Positions 1 through 12,300 of a stretch of 64,000 bases of DNA are shown piece by piece. The notes under the pieces were generated by a model, which worked only from the letters and a program-made list of their open reading frames with translations, did not search any database and had not been told where the DNA came from. Origin of the DNA: Camelus dromedarius (lineage: Eukaryota). The first letter of the stretch is position 1. The number at the start of each line of letters is the position of its first letter. Location of the stretch: contig NC_087436.1 in NCBI RefSeq assembly GCF_036321535.1, positions 22,942,001-23,006,000 of the forward strand. The letters run 5' to 3'. Both the position numbers and the translations under genes were made by a program.

Positions 1-89
1 CACATTTTAAAAAATCAGGTTTATACTTCTAGTAACAGTGTAATATTCAGTTTTATCAATTATACTCTAAAATACTTGGCTTTTCCTCC

Positions 90-1105
90 ATTTAGGGGCA
101 TTTAAATAGCTTGCAGTTAGTTTTTATTGCAAGGATCATACACATTTTAAAAATTTTATCTGTAGATAAATTTACAGCAGTGGAGTAACTGAACATATTT
201 ATTGTCTTTTCATCAGCAGATGTCTCTCCAGATAGGTGCTATTTATAATGTCATCAGCAATGAATGAGTTTACCTATTTTCTCCATCCCAACCCCAAAGA
301 CTTTTATTTAAAAAAAAAAAAAAGTTTTGCTGAAATATTTGCTGGCGGAATTCCCTTTATTTATATTTCTTTGATCATTGGCAATGATTTTGTGGTGGGT
401 TATTTTTTTCACTTTCTGTGTTTCTTCTTTATTAAATTTTTGAATCTCTTGTCCACTTATCCATTAGGGGTTTGATGGTGGTCTTATTAAAAAATTTTTA
501 ATGCCTTAATTTTTAAAAAACATTTTGAATGTTTTTTATTTTTCTAGAAATTAACCCTTGTTGTAACTGTTGTAAATTTTTTTCTCTTCCTTTAACCTTT
601 TTTATCTTAATTCTGTTGTCCTAATAGCTCTTATTTTTACCATTTTCCTCTCGAGTGTGACACTTCTTTTTTTTTTTTTTCTGTAGATCTATTTCTTAAG
701 TTTTTTTAGACTAATGTTCTTATCCTTAATTATGTTGGTTACACCTTTCACTTGTTATCTCTAGTACTTAATGACAGACTATTCATAATTCCTTTTTCAC
801 TATTAGCATAATATAAACCCTTGAAACATCTAGCTTCGCCTATTCTCCCTTTTGCTTCTTACTTGTAAGGTTTCTGTCATCCCTTAGTTGAGACACAACT
901 GATATTAACAATATTTCATAATACCTTTCTCTCAAAACAAGTGCCAACCACGAACAATTGGCCTGGCCCTGCCTGTGGCTGAATATCAGGCCTGCCTGCT
1001 GCTCTTATTTTGAAAATCTGTTGCTTCTACCCCAGTTCTTAGATTTTATCAGAAGAGAGAGTGAGAAATGAGAGAAGAATTATGTTGATTTCCGTCATCT
1101 TGGTA
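90..1105 (-). mobile_element. Very old, fragmented LINE-1-like sequence (L1ME/HAL1 type)
   Basis: T-rich antisense L1-like tracts at ~100-600. ttccgtcatcttgg near 1090-1103 is the reverse complement of an L1 5' ccaagatg(a/g)cggaa start motif. Highly decayed, boundaries approximate. Confidence 0.4.
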
Positions 1106-2484
1106 TCTCTAGGTAGCTTTCACCAAACGCTGTATCTCAAAGATACTTCCTTCTTCACCTTCACAAAGTAACAGCAGCCGTTTCTTTTTCACTTACCCAC
1201 GGTTCTGACCCATCCTGGATGGCTGCATGCCAAGATGGGTCTTCCTGTAGGCTTTGTTCCCCAGTGGTCCACAGATGCATAATATCTAACATTCTGCCAG
1301 GACATTGCTGAACGGAAACCTTGCACTTCATTGTACTTCCTGCAGCGTCTTTTGGCTGCTGTGTAGCAGTTGCTGTGAATTACCTGCTACTTCTCCCCCA
1401 CCCTTATTCTGCCAAGTGATGGTGTGCTCCAGCAAGCAGCATTGCACTGGTTCCATCGAAGACTTGGCTTTCCATGGAGTATAAGATACGGCTTTAGATG
1501 ACATGGATACGTGTGCCCATGAAGGTGAAGGTAGGGTGCAGAGTAGATCTTGGCCTTTAAAGTGAGTCATGATCCTTCTTGGTTTGGGTTTTTCCCTGGT
1601 CCTTCTGTGATACCTTGTGTTTCTCGGGCAGCATCCTTTCATTGTTCTGTTTGCCTCTCTTCTGGTTAATTACAATCTCACTGGTAAGGGGTTTCTTGGG
1701 TAATTCTTCATTACAAGTGATGGCTTTGACTGCCTTTGAGTGCCAAGAGAGAAAATGACACCCTGTAGAAATATGAGGTGTATTAAATTCATTGATGAAA
1801 AAACAATATAGTTTTAACAGAAGGAGGGCTGGAAGGATTCGGAGGACCTTTACCAAAGATTGAAGAGGATTTTTTCAGGATTAGTCAGTGTATAGCCTTA
1901 CTTGTCTCTGACTGTGATCCCTGGAAGATCTTCTTGTTCCTGTGATTCAAGAGTCAGTTACATAAAGAAGTCTCTAGTGTCCATTTTAACCTAATCTGAC
2001 AGGATTTTTTATGTATTTGGGTTCATTTGGGAAAATTTCAAAAAATCTTCGTTTGGCTCCCATGTTCTGTTTTTCTTCCCCAAAGTAAAAATGATTTATA
2101 ACCAAGATCCACTGATACTTCACTTGAATTTTTTATTTTTGATGAAAAGTTTGTCCTGTGAGTCAACATCTTTGTGTGTGTCTGTCTTTGATCAGTTCTG
2201 GGAATGTGCTCAGAGTTACCAAGGCCAGAAACCTTGATCCGGACCAGTCCCTGCCTTTCTCTGCTGCAAATAAAACTCCTGTTGACAGTGGAGAGCTGTG
2301 GGGATGCAGGAAGAGGTCAAAATTCCTTCAGCAGGAAAGACTGAAGGCATTTGACTTGTTCAGAGTACTGTCACAGCATTTCGACGTAGGTGAAAACTAG
2401 CAACTAGAAAAAGCCAATCCCTCACACGTGTTTTTTTAACTTTTTTCAGATATAGGCAAGCTGTGAAATATTAAATCAGGGAAG

Positions 2485-2512
2485 CACACACTCACACGCG
2501 CACGCATGCACA

Positions 2513-2547
<35 letters not shown>
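2485..2547. repeat. (CA)n microsatellite
   Basis: Direct read: imperfect then perfect CA run. Confidence 0.95.
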
Positions 2548-2549
<2 letters not shown>

Positions 2550-4164
2550 TGCTGTCATAAGCCTAAGAAGGCTTGGACTGGACTTTAAAACTGACTTTGG
2601 ATGCTTTTTTTTGTTCCTTTATTTGAGGGGGAAGAGGGGAGTCATTTCTTTAATTGGTGTCTAGGGCAAAAGTTAGGATTTAAAAGGCAAAGAAAATGAA
2701 GGGATCCAAACATGAAACCAGTGAAACAAGCAAGTACCTCCTTTTATCCTTACATCTGTTTGTCAGGAATAACAAACATGCCTCCTCTTACGTGGGCCCA
2801 GGAATTATGAGGCCACGTGACCATACTGTCTGGCAGTAATTCCCTCACCAGTGGAATAAATGGGGAGAGAACTGAGCACGATGAATTGCCTTTTGATTTG
2901 AATTAATCTTAAGCTGGCCGGGAAAAAAAAAAATTCTTTTTTAAACAAAATAAAAATGGTCATGGGACCAGGGCACCGCAGATGTTGAGAAGCTGAGGAA
3001 GCCGTCAGCAGTTTGAAAAGAATTCTTGTTACACATGCTTCCAAAGATACGGAACCACTGACTCAGGAAGTGTGAACTTCAATTTTGGCCCTGGTGGGTG
3101 TCAGTAAATTACAGTTTTATGAAAGCAAAGTCTACTCTGCAGCTTCCTCCCAGACTTGTGGTTGTGTCTTTCCTAGAATGCTTCAGTAACAAGTTTATAT
3201 AACTTGTCCCCAGCTTTGGCAACCGGAGAATAGACTCTAGTCCAGTCATGAATGCGAGTAACAGAAAAGAGTGCATCTCGTTTAAAGAAGAGTGTTGGTG
3301 TCTGTTTAGGCAGGAGACAACATTTGAAAGTTTTGTGGAAGTATAGCTCCCCCAACCCCCATCCAAAGTTATAAGAAAGGCAAAATTTCATCAGCTAGCC
3401 ATCAGACCAAGATGATATTTGACAACCTTTTGCCTGTCGTCCCATCTTAGGATCATAATTAATTCCTGCATTTCTGTAGTTTTAAAATGTTCCAATTTCT
3501 AGCCATCTCCTATATCTCCTCCTGCATAATACTTAGACACTTCTCTTTGGCTTTCCTATTAAATCATTTTCCCTTTACATTTATAATCTGTATCAACTCA
3601 GCCTTCCATGTGGAGACCTTGACCAAAAAATATGCTGTGTCTGAATTTCAATTTCTTATAAAATATATTGTAAAGATATTTATACTTAAGGACTAGAAGA
3701 ACCCTTTATTGGGATTCTTTATCTAAAAGTGATTCTAATAATTGATCAAGATTTGTGTGTAAATAAAAATGGGTCAGTAAACTTCATAGGTTACTACATC
3801 AGCACAATTGCTTGACATCATGCAAATCATTGACTTATAAATGTTCATAACCTAGAATCCAAAACAGAGTTCTTTGAATGGAGTAGGACCCTAATAAGGG
3901 TTCACTGAGTTGAATTTAGGGTTTGCTGTATTGAAGGAAATCATTTTGGCAGGGCTCATCTCATTGCTCGGGCACGCACCTGCCCACGTTAGAGAGGGAA
4001 AGGGCTGGTGTGACCTTCCGCTTAACAAGATGTTTCTGTAAACTCTCCTATTTTGATTTAAAAATGTTGTGTTCTAGTCCAGTACGTCAGTATCGGGAGT
4101 TTCAGTAAAGCTTAATGATTCAGAACATGGCTGCATTCCTGGAACCAACACTTTTTTAGCTAAA

Positions 4165-4530
4165 TGCCTTCGCACAAGTTTCCTAACCTCTCAAAGCTGC
4201 CGGTTTTCTTATCTATAAAATGGAAATTCTGTTGGGATGTACTTTATACTCATTAGTAAAGCATTTTGCTCACATTATGCTATGTGCACTTCTTCCCCCT
4301 TCCAGAAGCCATCCTCTCTGATGTGTTTGATATATCGCCTTAATTATGCATGCATCCTTTAAAAATATGTAGGATTACTTTGCATGTGAGTGTTTAATTT
4401 ACATAAAGAAGAGAAGGAAATCTTGGTAGATATCAATAGAATATACTGACTTCAAACCTACTACATACCCCACAAGAAGGTTACGAGGGTTAAAGAAGAT
4501 AATAAAGAGCCTAAGTGCTTCTTAAATGAT
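4165..4530 (+). mobile_element. MIR fragments split by an old L1 piece
   Basis: MIR core tttcctaacctctc...ttttcttatctataaaatgg at ~4178-4225 and 3' part ggttacgagggttaaagaagataat at ~4480-4505. Confidence 0.5.
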
Positions 4531-7179
4531 GGCTGTCTTGGATGCTCCCTAATTCTTCCATTTACCTTAACACCGTGGCACGTGTATTGCGGGTAGGGAG
4601 ATTACTCTAGGGGTCTGAAATCCAAGTTGTCGTCCATGAACCCTGAGCAGTATTTTTACTTCTGCGTATATTTTCACATATAGGCTGACCTCTTTGACTC
4701 TCTTCCATAGCACAGAAAGGAATGATTACCAATCAAACCATTGTGTTCCTTGGATTCAGAAACTGGCTGGTAGTTGGGCCACCCAAGCACTGACCTGTTC
4801 AGCCATTCCTATCAGAGTGGCTCCCTTTCCCCTTATGCCAACCTCCAATTTTTCACCCTCCTAAAATGACTGAAATTCTGCATGTGCACCCATAGCTAGT
4901 CTGATTAATGATACAAGAGAACAGATATCCAAACCTGGACTCAGATGCCGAGAACGTATTGAGGAGAAGAAAGTATTTACATATGTTTGGCCTCCCTACC
5001 AAACCTACATCTCCTTGTAGACAAGATGTTAAACCTTACGCATCATGTGAATTTGACAGGGTATGCCTAGAATCAGGCCTCCTCCTTCTAATATTACTGA
5101 GCATTTTAGAACATTTTTGCTCAGCTCTTTGTAGGAATGATGGATACTTGATGAATTCTTACATTTAAAAAACCATGACCTGTTGTCATTTTAATAGTAA
5201 ACTCCTTCTAGAAACTCTTCTTTGCTGTCATCTATGTTAGACTGGCATCTTGCCTTTATCAGAGAGACTCAGAAGTCCATTCTCTGCATCACCTGCCCCT
5301 CTCTTTCACAAACACACCAGATTTTGTGTGTCTCAAAACCTGCACTCTCTTCTTTGCTAATTACCTACCGAGCTCTTGGGAAGACTTCCCATTTTCCCTT
5401 CCAAATGGGTCTGTGTTATTTATTTGCAAGCTCACTACACACAAAGGTACTATATTTGAATTTTTCTACATGCTGATACTGAGATTATATTTAATAAAAA
5501 GTCAAAGCATTCCCCCCAAATGATTTGATCACTGAAGCTCAGATTGAAATGCAAAACTCATTTCAGCCTGAGAAAAGATTGTCTTACAACCCTACCAAAG
5601 TCTTCCCTGCAATGTTTAATCCTCCTCTCGGTTTACTTGGAACCATATGCTGAAGACAAGGCTCAAGGACTTCAAAAACTTCCTTGACGATGCTTTTATG
5701 TGTATGCCTTCGGTGAGGATATAAAGAGAAGGGACACCACCACTCCCAGCACCCCCGGCAAACACAGAGGAAGGAAGGGAGGCAGGGAGAGATGGAGAGA
5801 AAGAGAATGAATATCAAAAAAGGAAGCAGAACATCTATGCAGGAGAATCACTACCTTCAACAAAAATTACCAGTTACCTCTGATTTTTATTTTTCAGATT
5901 ATGCATTCTGGTATTCGTTTTTCTGTTTCGTACTGGTAGCAATTGCTAGTATCTTTTGTTGTCCTAGAGCTCTTAGGATTTGTTTTCTTTGGGACATAGT
6001 GAAAAATCAAGAATGCAGTCACAGGGCCAAATTGCATTTTTTCAGACTCATCTAATTCTTGTGTAGAAAGAGCCTCAAGCAAAGAAAACCAGCTTGAATT
6101 GAACTAGCTGAAATGTTAGAAAGTGCTCAGTTTTTGAAATGCCTCAGAACTCTGGAATAGTTTGTTCTTTCATAATAATGTCAGGGGTATATGATGGCGA
6201 AGTAGAGAGACCTGGAGGCGTTGAATTGCCCTTTATTTAATCTTCTTAATTTAAAGTTTTGTTTGTCTTGAGCAATCTAATTCTTTATGCAGTAAGACTG
6301 ACTGTCTCCACATACAAAGTGTTTCCTTCAACACTGTTAAGTAAATTGAATTTCTCTGCTTCACTAGAAGTTGCTGGGTTTTATTGATTTTTTCCCTCAT
6401 TTTGTTATAGGCAGGTGAGCTGCAAATGTCAGTTCCAGAACGTATCTGATAAATGCCTGTTTAATTTTAACTGATGATTTCATATTCTTGAATGATTAAC
6501 TTTTCATAAAGTAGCTCTCTTTCTAATAGGTGCCTCATTGAGACCTACAATTGTGTACGTAATTCTTTAGCTCTCATGAAATACCTTCATGAAACATTTT
6601 TGAAAATAAGTTAGATCTTATATTATCGGGGGGGCCCGTCATTTCCTAAGAATGGAATGCACTCACCAAATAGTTGATTCTTTAGATATAGCCATGGTGG
6701 CTCTGCAAATGGCCCATGGCTTAATGTCATATATTACTTACAGCGTTCATTTACAGACTATAATGTTCATGAAAGTTGTATTCAGTTCTTCCATATTTTC
6801 TTATTACACTATATTTGATTTAAAGCAAATACTATTTTATTGACATCTCCTCAAAAGTAGTGATGTACTTTCCATTAATCCTTGAGTGGGTCATTTTTTT
6901 CTTTAGTTTTTCTTCCCAGTGGCAAGCAAAAGTAATCCATGGGACTAGTTTTTAAAGCCAAAACAATCCACAGAAGAAATATCTTTGAGAAATTCTGCTC
7001 CTGACCAGAGGTTTCAGATTGTATTTTACAGAATCTTGGCACCTGGGGACTTCAGGCCAGGTGCAGCTCTGCATTTACGGGAGAAGTATGTTTTCTGGTA
7101 ACTGGGGTTTGCGTGAGGATACTGTTTCTGTGTGCAGTTCCTCTGTGCTATTCTCCATCATCCTTTGTTTCCATGATGT

Positions 7180-7530
7180 ACTTTCATGCTCCCTCATTAT
7201 GAGGTGTCCTCTCACCCCGCTTGCCTTTCCTCACCACGGCCCGGTTAATCGTTCCACCCTCTACGACCCCAGAGCACGTTGTTTACATATCAGTGTGGCC
7301 TTGGCTATAGTGTGTTGTGATTTACCTGTTTGGCTAAGACATCCACAGCACTTGCGTGTGCTTCTGTTACAGCACTGAGCACAGCAGGTTATAAAGGTGT
7401 GTGTGAGCATCTATCTCCCTAACTGGGCTCTGAGCTTCCCGAGGCTAGCAGCCACATTCAGAGTGCTGGCCATGGGCTTAGGACCACATAGCAAGTGCTC
7501 ATAATAATGTCCAACATTTACTAAATAGTT
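7180..7530 (+). mobile_element. L2 3' end
   Basis: ctgggctctgagcttcccgaggc...cacatagcaagtgctcataataatgt resembles the L2 3' terminus. Confidence 0.6.
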
Positions 7531-7695
7531 TAGTAAATGCTTTGGATAACAGAGACCAAAAAATAAGTGCTGACACTTTTAATAGTTAAACATTTTGTCA
7601 GTGAGGCACATGAGGCTGATGGTATTTTTAGGAGCCATTGATTGAGAAAATACGGAATGATTAAAATTTGCTGTGAATTTTGTAATGTTGAAATA

Positions 7696-8088
7696 CTGCT
7701 GTTACAAAATACACAGACTGGGTAATTTATGAACAACAGAAATTGTCTGACACATTATGCTGTACACCAGAAACTGACACAGCATTGTAAACTGACTATA
7801 GCTCAATAAAAATTAATTAATTAATTAATTTTAAAAAATAGAAATTTAGTTCGCACCAACTCTGGAGGCTGGAAGTCCTAGATCAGAGTGCCACCTTGGC
7901 TGGGTGAGGGCTCTCCTCTGGGTCACAGATTCTTGTATCCCCACCTGGGGTCTCTTTTATAAGAGCATTTATCCCATTCATGAGGGCTCTACCCCGCCCA
8001 AAGTTTCTACCTTCTAACACAGTCACATTTGGAGTTGATATTCCAACATGTGAATTTTGGAGGGCGGACAAACATTCAGACCTTAGCA
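7696..8088 (-). mobile_element. MaLR solo LTR (MLT1A0-like), interrupted by an L1 tail
   Basis: Reverse complement begins tgctaaggtctgaatgtttgtcc...aaaattcacatgttg and contains gagccctcatgaatgggat...cttataaaagagacccc, typical of MLT1A-family LTRs. Confidence 0.85.
7745..7833 (+). mobile_element. Very short L1 3' tail inserted in the MLT1 LTR
   Basis: acattatgctgtacaccagaaactgacac...ttgtaaactgactata + aataaa + AT-rich tail, same as the 3' end of the L1 at 11518-11826. Imperfect TSD aacaacagaaatt (7732-7744) / aaaaatagaaatt (7834-7846). Confidence 0.85.
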
Positions 8089-9787
8089 CCAAAAGAAACT
8101 GCCAGCTCTGTTAATTTCTTCAGCCTTCTTTCTTGATTCTTGAACTAAGTCCTCTGGACAGGGTGAAAGGTATTTAAGGCGGAGCACCAAAGGTCAGGTT
8201 CTGAGGAGCATCCCGGAGTATATCGTGCACCCCAGCTGTCTCCAGCACGTTTCCATGGGACTGAGAGAAGTCTTCACCTTCCCTCTTTGTTTAGGAGTTT
8301 TATTCTGGGACCTGAAAATCAGCCAAGCATTCTCTTCTCCTAAAGCACCATGGGAACTAACCTGATGGCCCAGATTTCTCAGGGTGGGGGTCCAAGTGAG
8401 AATCTTCCTTCTTTGCATGTGTTATAATTATCTAATACATAATTTAAATTCTGTAAACTGTTAGGTACTTTAACTTAGCAAATAAGCAGTTATTTATATT
8501 TCAATTTATTTGTGTATCTGACTGTTTGCATGCTGGCTGTTGTAAAGAGTGGATCCCTCTAGCATAGATATATCTTGGTGGGAACTTAAAATTTTTTAAG
8601 GCTATGGTTAATTCTAAAAGTGTGTGTACAGGTTGCTCACTAATGTTGGCACTGTTGATCTTCCATTGACATGTCTTAAATATTACACGAATTGCATTGA
8701 AAGCTAATACCAGCTTTCCCAGGAAAAATGAAATCAACTTTTACAGCTGGAAGTAGTTTAGTCCTTGGCCTCCAGCGCCTTAACTTTCTATCTTGGGAAA
8801 AATGCTTTTTTGATCCAACAGTTTATTGCAAAAATGGTTCAGGCTTCTGTTTACATGATGAAAAAAGAAAATAAATTAAATTATTTTATTGGGAAACTGG
8901 GGCTAAATGCCTGCAAAGTAATTTGGAAATTCCAAACTTTGAACTGTTTTTTCATTTCCTTCAGAAGAAAATGCAGAGCTAATATGCTCATCAGATTATG
9001 TTTATGTTTTCTGTCTTCTTCCAAATTCCCATAATGAAATTTATTTCTCTTGTTGTTATATGCCTATCCTCATATTAAAGTTTTTCTGTAAACATTATTC
9101 ATGAGTTTCTTAAAGCCTTTATACATGATGAGGTATTGACTTAAAATAGAGTAGTTTAATTTACACTGGCTGTTTGAGTGATGCGCACTAGCTTTCGTGC
9201 TTTCTAAAAAGCTAACGGGTGATGTAGCAGGAAGATGATGAACAGAAGTGATCTTACTTCATAAAAGAAAATCCCCAAAATAAAAAACCTTAAGTAGAAT
9301 GTCACATTTTTAAAAAAGAAATAGAATACTCTTTCCATTGGAGTAAATAAGGACAGTAAACCAGTGTATAATTTTCTTCTATAACCCACCAGTATATGTA
9401 TTTCTTCTTATGTCATATTAAAGAATTTCATGCAGGAAATAAATAAAATGCTGATGAATCTGTGCTAAATACTGGGTCCAGGCCAGGGGGATGCAAGGGT
9501 GAAAGGCTGGGACCCAGGCTGGTGGAGAATAGAGTGCTTGTTGGAAATAAACTCAAACCAGTGGTCCGTGACTTGCAGCACTTTTGAGCTAAGGGCCTTT
9601 TAGGTGAGATAAATAGATAAAATTGAGAATACGTTTATCTTGAGCTGTGCCGTGCTGTTTGACATTAGGATATTATTTTGAATAATTTCCTCTTTAAAAA
9701 ATTTAAATGTGCCATGAGCAAGCGTTATCAATATTTTTCAGATAAATTTATTTATCAACAATTGTAACAAAAATGTTGCCTTTGGAC

Positions 9788-10123
9788 TATTTATAATAGC
9801 CAAGACATGGAAGCAATCTAAATGTCCATCAACAGATGATTGGATAAAGATGTGGTATACATATGTTTATATTTATATATACGTGTATATATAGATAGAT
9901 AGATAGCATGGAATATTACTCAGCTATAAAAAAGAATGAAACAATTTCAATTGCAGCAACATCAGTGGACCTGGAGATTATCATACAGGTGAAGTAAGCC
10001 AGAAAGAGAAAGAAAAATATTGTATGATATCACTTACACTGGAATCTGAAAGAAAAAGACATAAATGAACTTATTTAAAAAACAGAAATAGACCTACAGG
10101 CATAGAAAACATACTTACAGTTA
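9788..10123 (+). mobile_element. L1 fragment (ORF2 end and start of 3' UTR)
   Basis: atagccaagacatggaagcaatctaaatgtccatcaacagatg...ggaatattactcagctataaaaaagaatgaa...gtgaagtaagccagaaagagaaag. Confidence 0.9.
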
Positions 10124-10551
10124 GAGTAATTAATGACTCTCATTGCCTTGTTAGGCCATGTCCTGATAACCAGTATTGTCTCCTGAAGCAAGAGTGCCAT
10201 TCTATGGGATTTAAATTTATTTTACCACTTGGAGTTTAGGAATACATACATTTTTCCCCATGGATCTTAAGTGCATAATTAACTTCTGTGTGTCCTCATC
10301 TCCGTTGATCTACTAAGCATTCCGTGACATTCTTCTTAGTGTAAACTGTGAGGAGGACTCACGTGTTTGTGACCTTGAGGGCTGTGAAGGTGAGCCCATT
10401 AGCAGCGGCAGAAAGGACTTCTGATTGGGAGCCTTTCACATCCTGGCTTGCACCAAGAGGACTGATAAGATGAGCATGTGCCAGTTTCTCTTTTCCCCAG
10501 AGCCAGAGCAAACACCTAATTTGAGGTAAACATTTTCAGTTATGTCCCTTT

Positions 10552-10760
10552 AAAAAAAAAATTCAGCTTCTTTGAGGTATCAACTGACATGTAGAATTGT
10601 AAGATATTTGAAGTGTCCATGTTGGTGATTTGCTAGACACTGTGAAAGGATTCACCCCATTTAGCTATTAAACTTCTATCACCTCACGTATCCACTTACA
10701 CATTCATTTATTCATTCACTTCTCTCTTGGTGAGAACACTGAAGTTCCACTCTCAGCAAA
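10552..10760 (-). mobile_element. L1 3' end (L1MA9/10-like) with TSD
   Basis: ttgaggtatcaactgacat...gtgagaacactgaagttccactctcagcaaatttc. Flanked by tttcagttatgtcccttt (10534-10551) and tttcagttatgccccttt (10761-10778). Confidence 0.8.
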
Positions 10761-11029
10761 TTTCAGTTATGCCCCTTTATTGTTCACTCAGCTTTGGACA
10801 GAAGGGTGCCTGACAATCTCAGAGTTACTAGAACATGTTAGAGCTCTGACTTTTTGAGTTAAATTGTGGAGAGTTGTTGAAAGTAAAGGGTAACTTTCAT
10901 CACCCTCAGTTGCTTTGATCAGATGAAAAGCAACTAGCCCTGCCTTTGGGGACCGTAGGGTTCTAGTGGAGTTCATAACTCTGGCTTCTCAGACTGGCCA
11001 AAAGGACTGTGTTTTGTTTTGGTCAGATT

Positions 11030-12300
11030 TTTTTAAAGTTTTTAATTGTAAAAAACACATACATAAATTTACCAACTCAGCCATTTTCAAGTGTACAGTT
11101 GAGTAACATTAAGTATATCTACATTGTTGTGCAACTGATCTCTAGAACTTTTTCTTCTTGCAAAACTGTAATTCTGTCCCCATTAGACAATAACTTCCCT
11201 TCTCCCCTCCCCCAGTCTCCTACCAACCATCATTCTGCTTTATGTTCCTATGAATTTGACTACTTTAGATACCTCATACAGATGGATTCCTACCGTATTT
11301 GTCTTTTTGTGACTGACCTATTTGACTTAGCATAATGTCCTTAAGGTTCATCTATGTTGTAGCATGTGACAGGATTTCATTCTTTTTTATATATACCACA
11401 TTGTACTCATCCATTCATACAGCAATGGATACTTGGGTTTCTTCTACTTCTTGGCTATTGTGAATAATGCTGCTATGAACATGGCTGTGCAAGTATCTCC
11501 TTAAGATCCTGTTTTCACAGAAACAGACTCACAGACATGGAAAACAAATTTATGGTCACCAGAGGGGAAAGAGTTGAGAAGGGATAAATTAGGAGTTTGA
11601 GATTTGCTGATACTAACTACTATATATAAAATAGATAAACAATAATTTTCTTCTGTATAGCACAGGGAACTATATTCAACACCTTGAAATAACCTATAAT
11701 GAAAAGGAATATGAAAACAAATATATGTATGTCTATGTATGACTGAAACATTATGCTGTACACCAGAAACTGACACATTGTAAACTGACTATCCTTCTAT
11801 AAAAAATTTTTTTTTAATTAAAAGAAAAGATCCTGTTTTCAGTTCTTTTGCGTATCCACCCAGAACTGGGATTGTTGGATCATATGATAATTCTATTGAA
11901 AGTATCTCCCATACTGTCTTCCAAAGTAGCTGTACCATTTTACAGTCCCATCACTGGTACACAAGAATTCCAATTTCCCCACATACTCGGCAACACTTGT
12001 TATTTTCTGTTTTGTTTTGTTCTGTTGATGGCAGCCATCCTAGTGGATGTGAGGTGACAATGTGGCTTTGGTCTGCATTTCTCTAATGATTAGTGATGTT
12101 GAGCATCTTTTCATGCACTTGTTGGCCATTTCTCTATCATGCTTGGAGTAATGTCTATTCAGATTCTTCACCCATTTTTGAATTGGGTCATTTGGTTTTT
12201 CGTTATTGTAGTTCTTTACATATTCTGTCTATTAACTCATCTGATATTTGATGGGCAAATATTTTCTACCGTTTTGTTGTTTGCCTTTCCACTCTGTTGA
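11030..12300 (-). mobile_element. Older L1 (L1MB-like) 3' region with a nested younger L1
   Basis: Antisense L1 3' UTR/ORF2 motifs such as ttggctattgtgaataatgctgctatgaacatgg and gcatttctctaatgattagtgatgttgagcatcttttcatg. Confidence 0.9.
11518..11826 (+). mobile_element. Young 5'-truncated L1 3' UTR with perfect 15-bp TSD
   Basis: aagatcctgttttca at both 11503-11517 and 11827-11841. L1 3' UTR motifs (ctgtatagcacagggaactatattcaa) and a decayed A tail. Confidence 0.95.

Noticed and set aside
4319..4340. miR-190-like string tgatgtgtttgatatat
   Set aside because: No complementary hairpin arm is visible and it lies in an old L1-like fragment.
6390..6420. Possible microexon tttgttatag|gcag|gtgagc
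   Set aside because: A 4-nt exon has no supporting gene context, and such motifs arise by chance.
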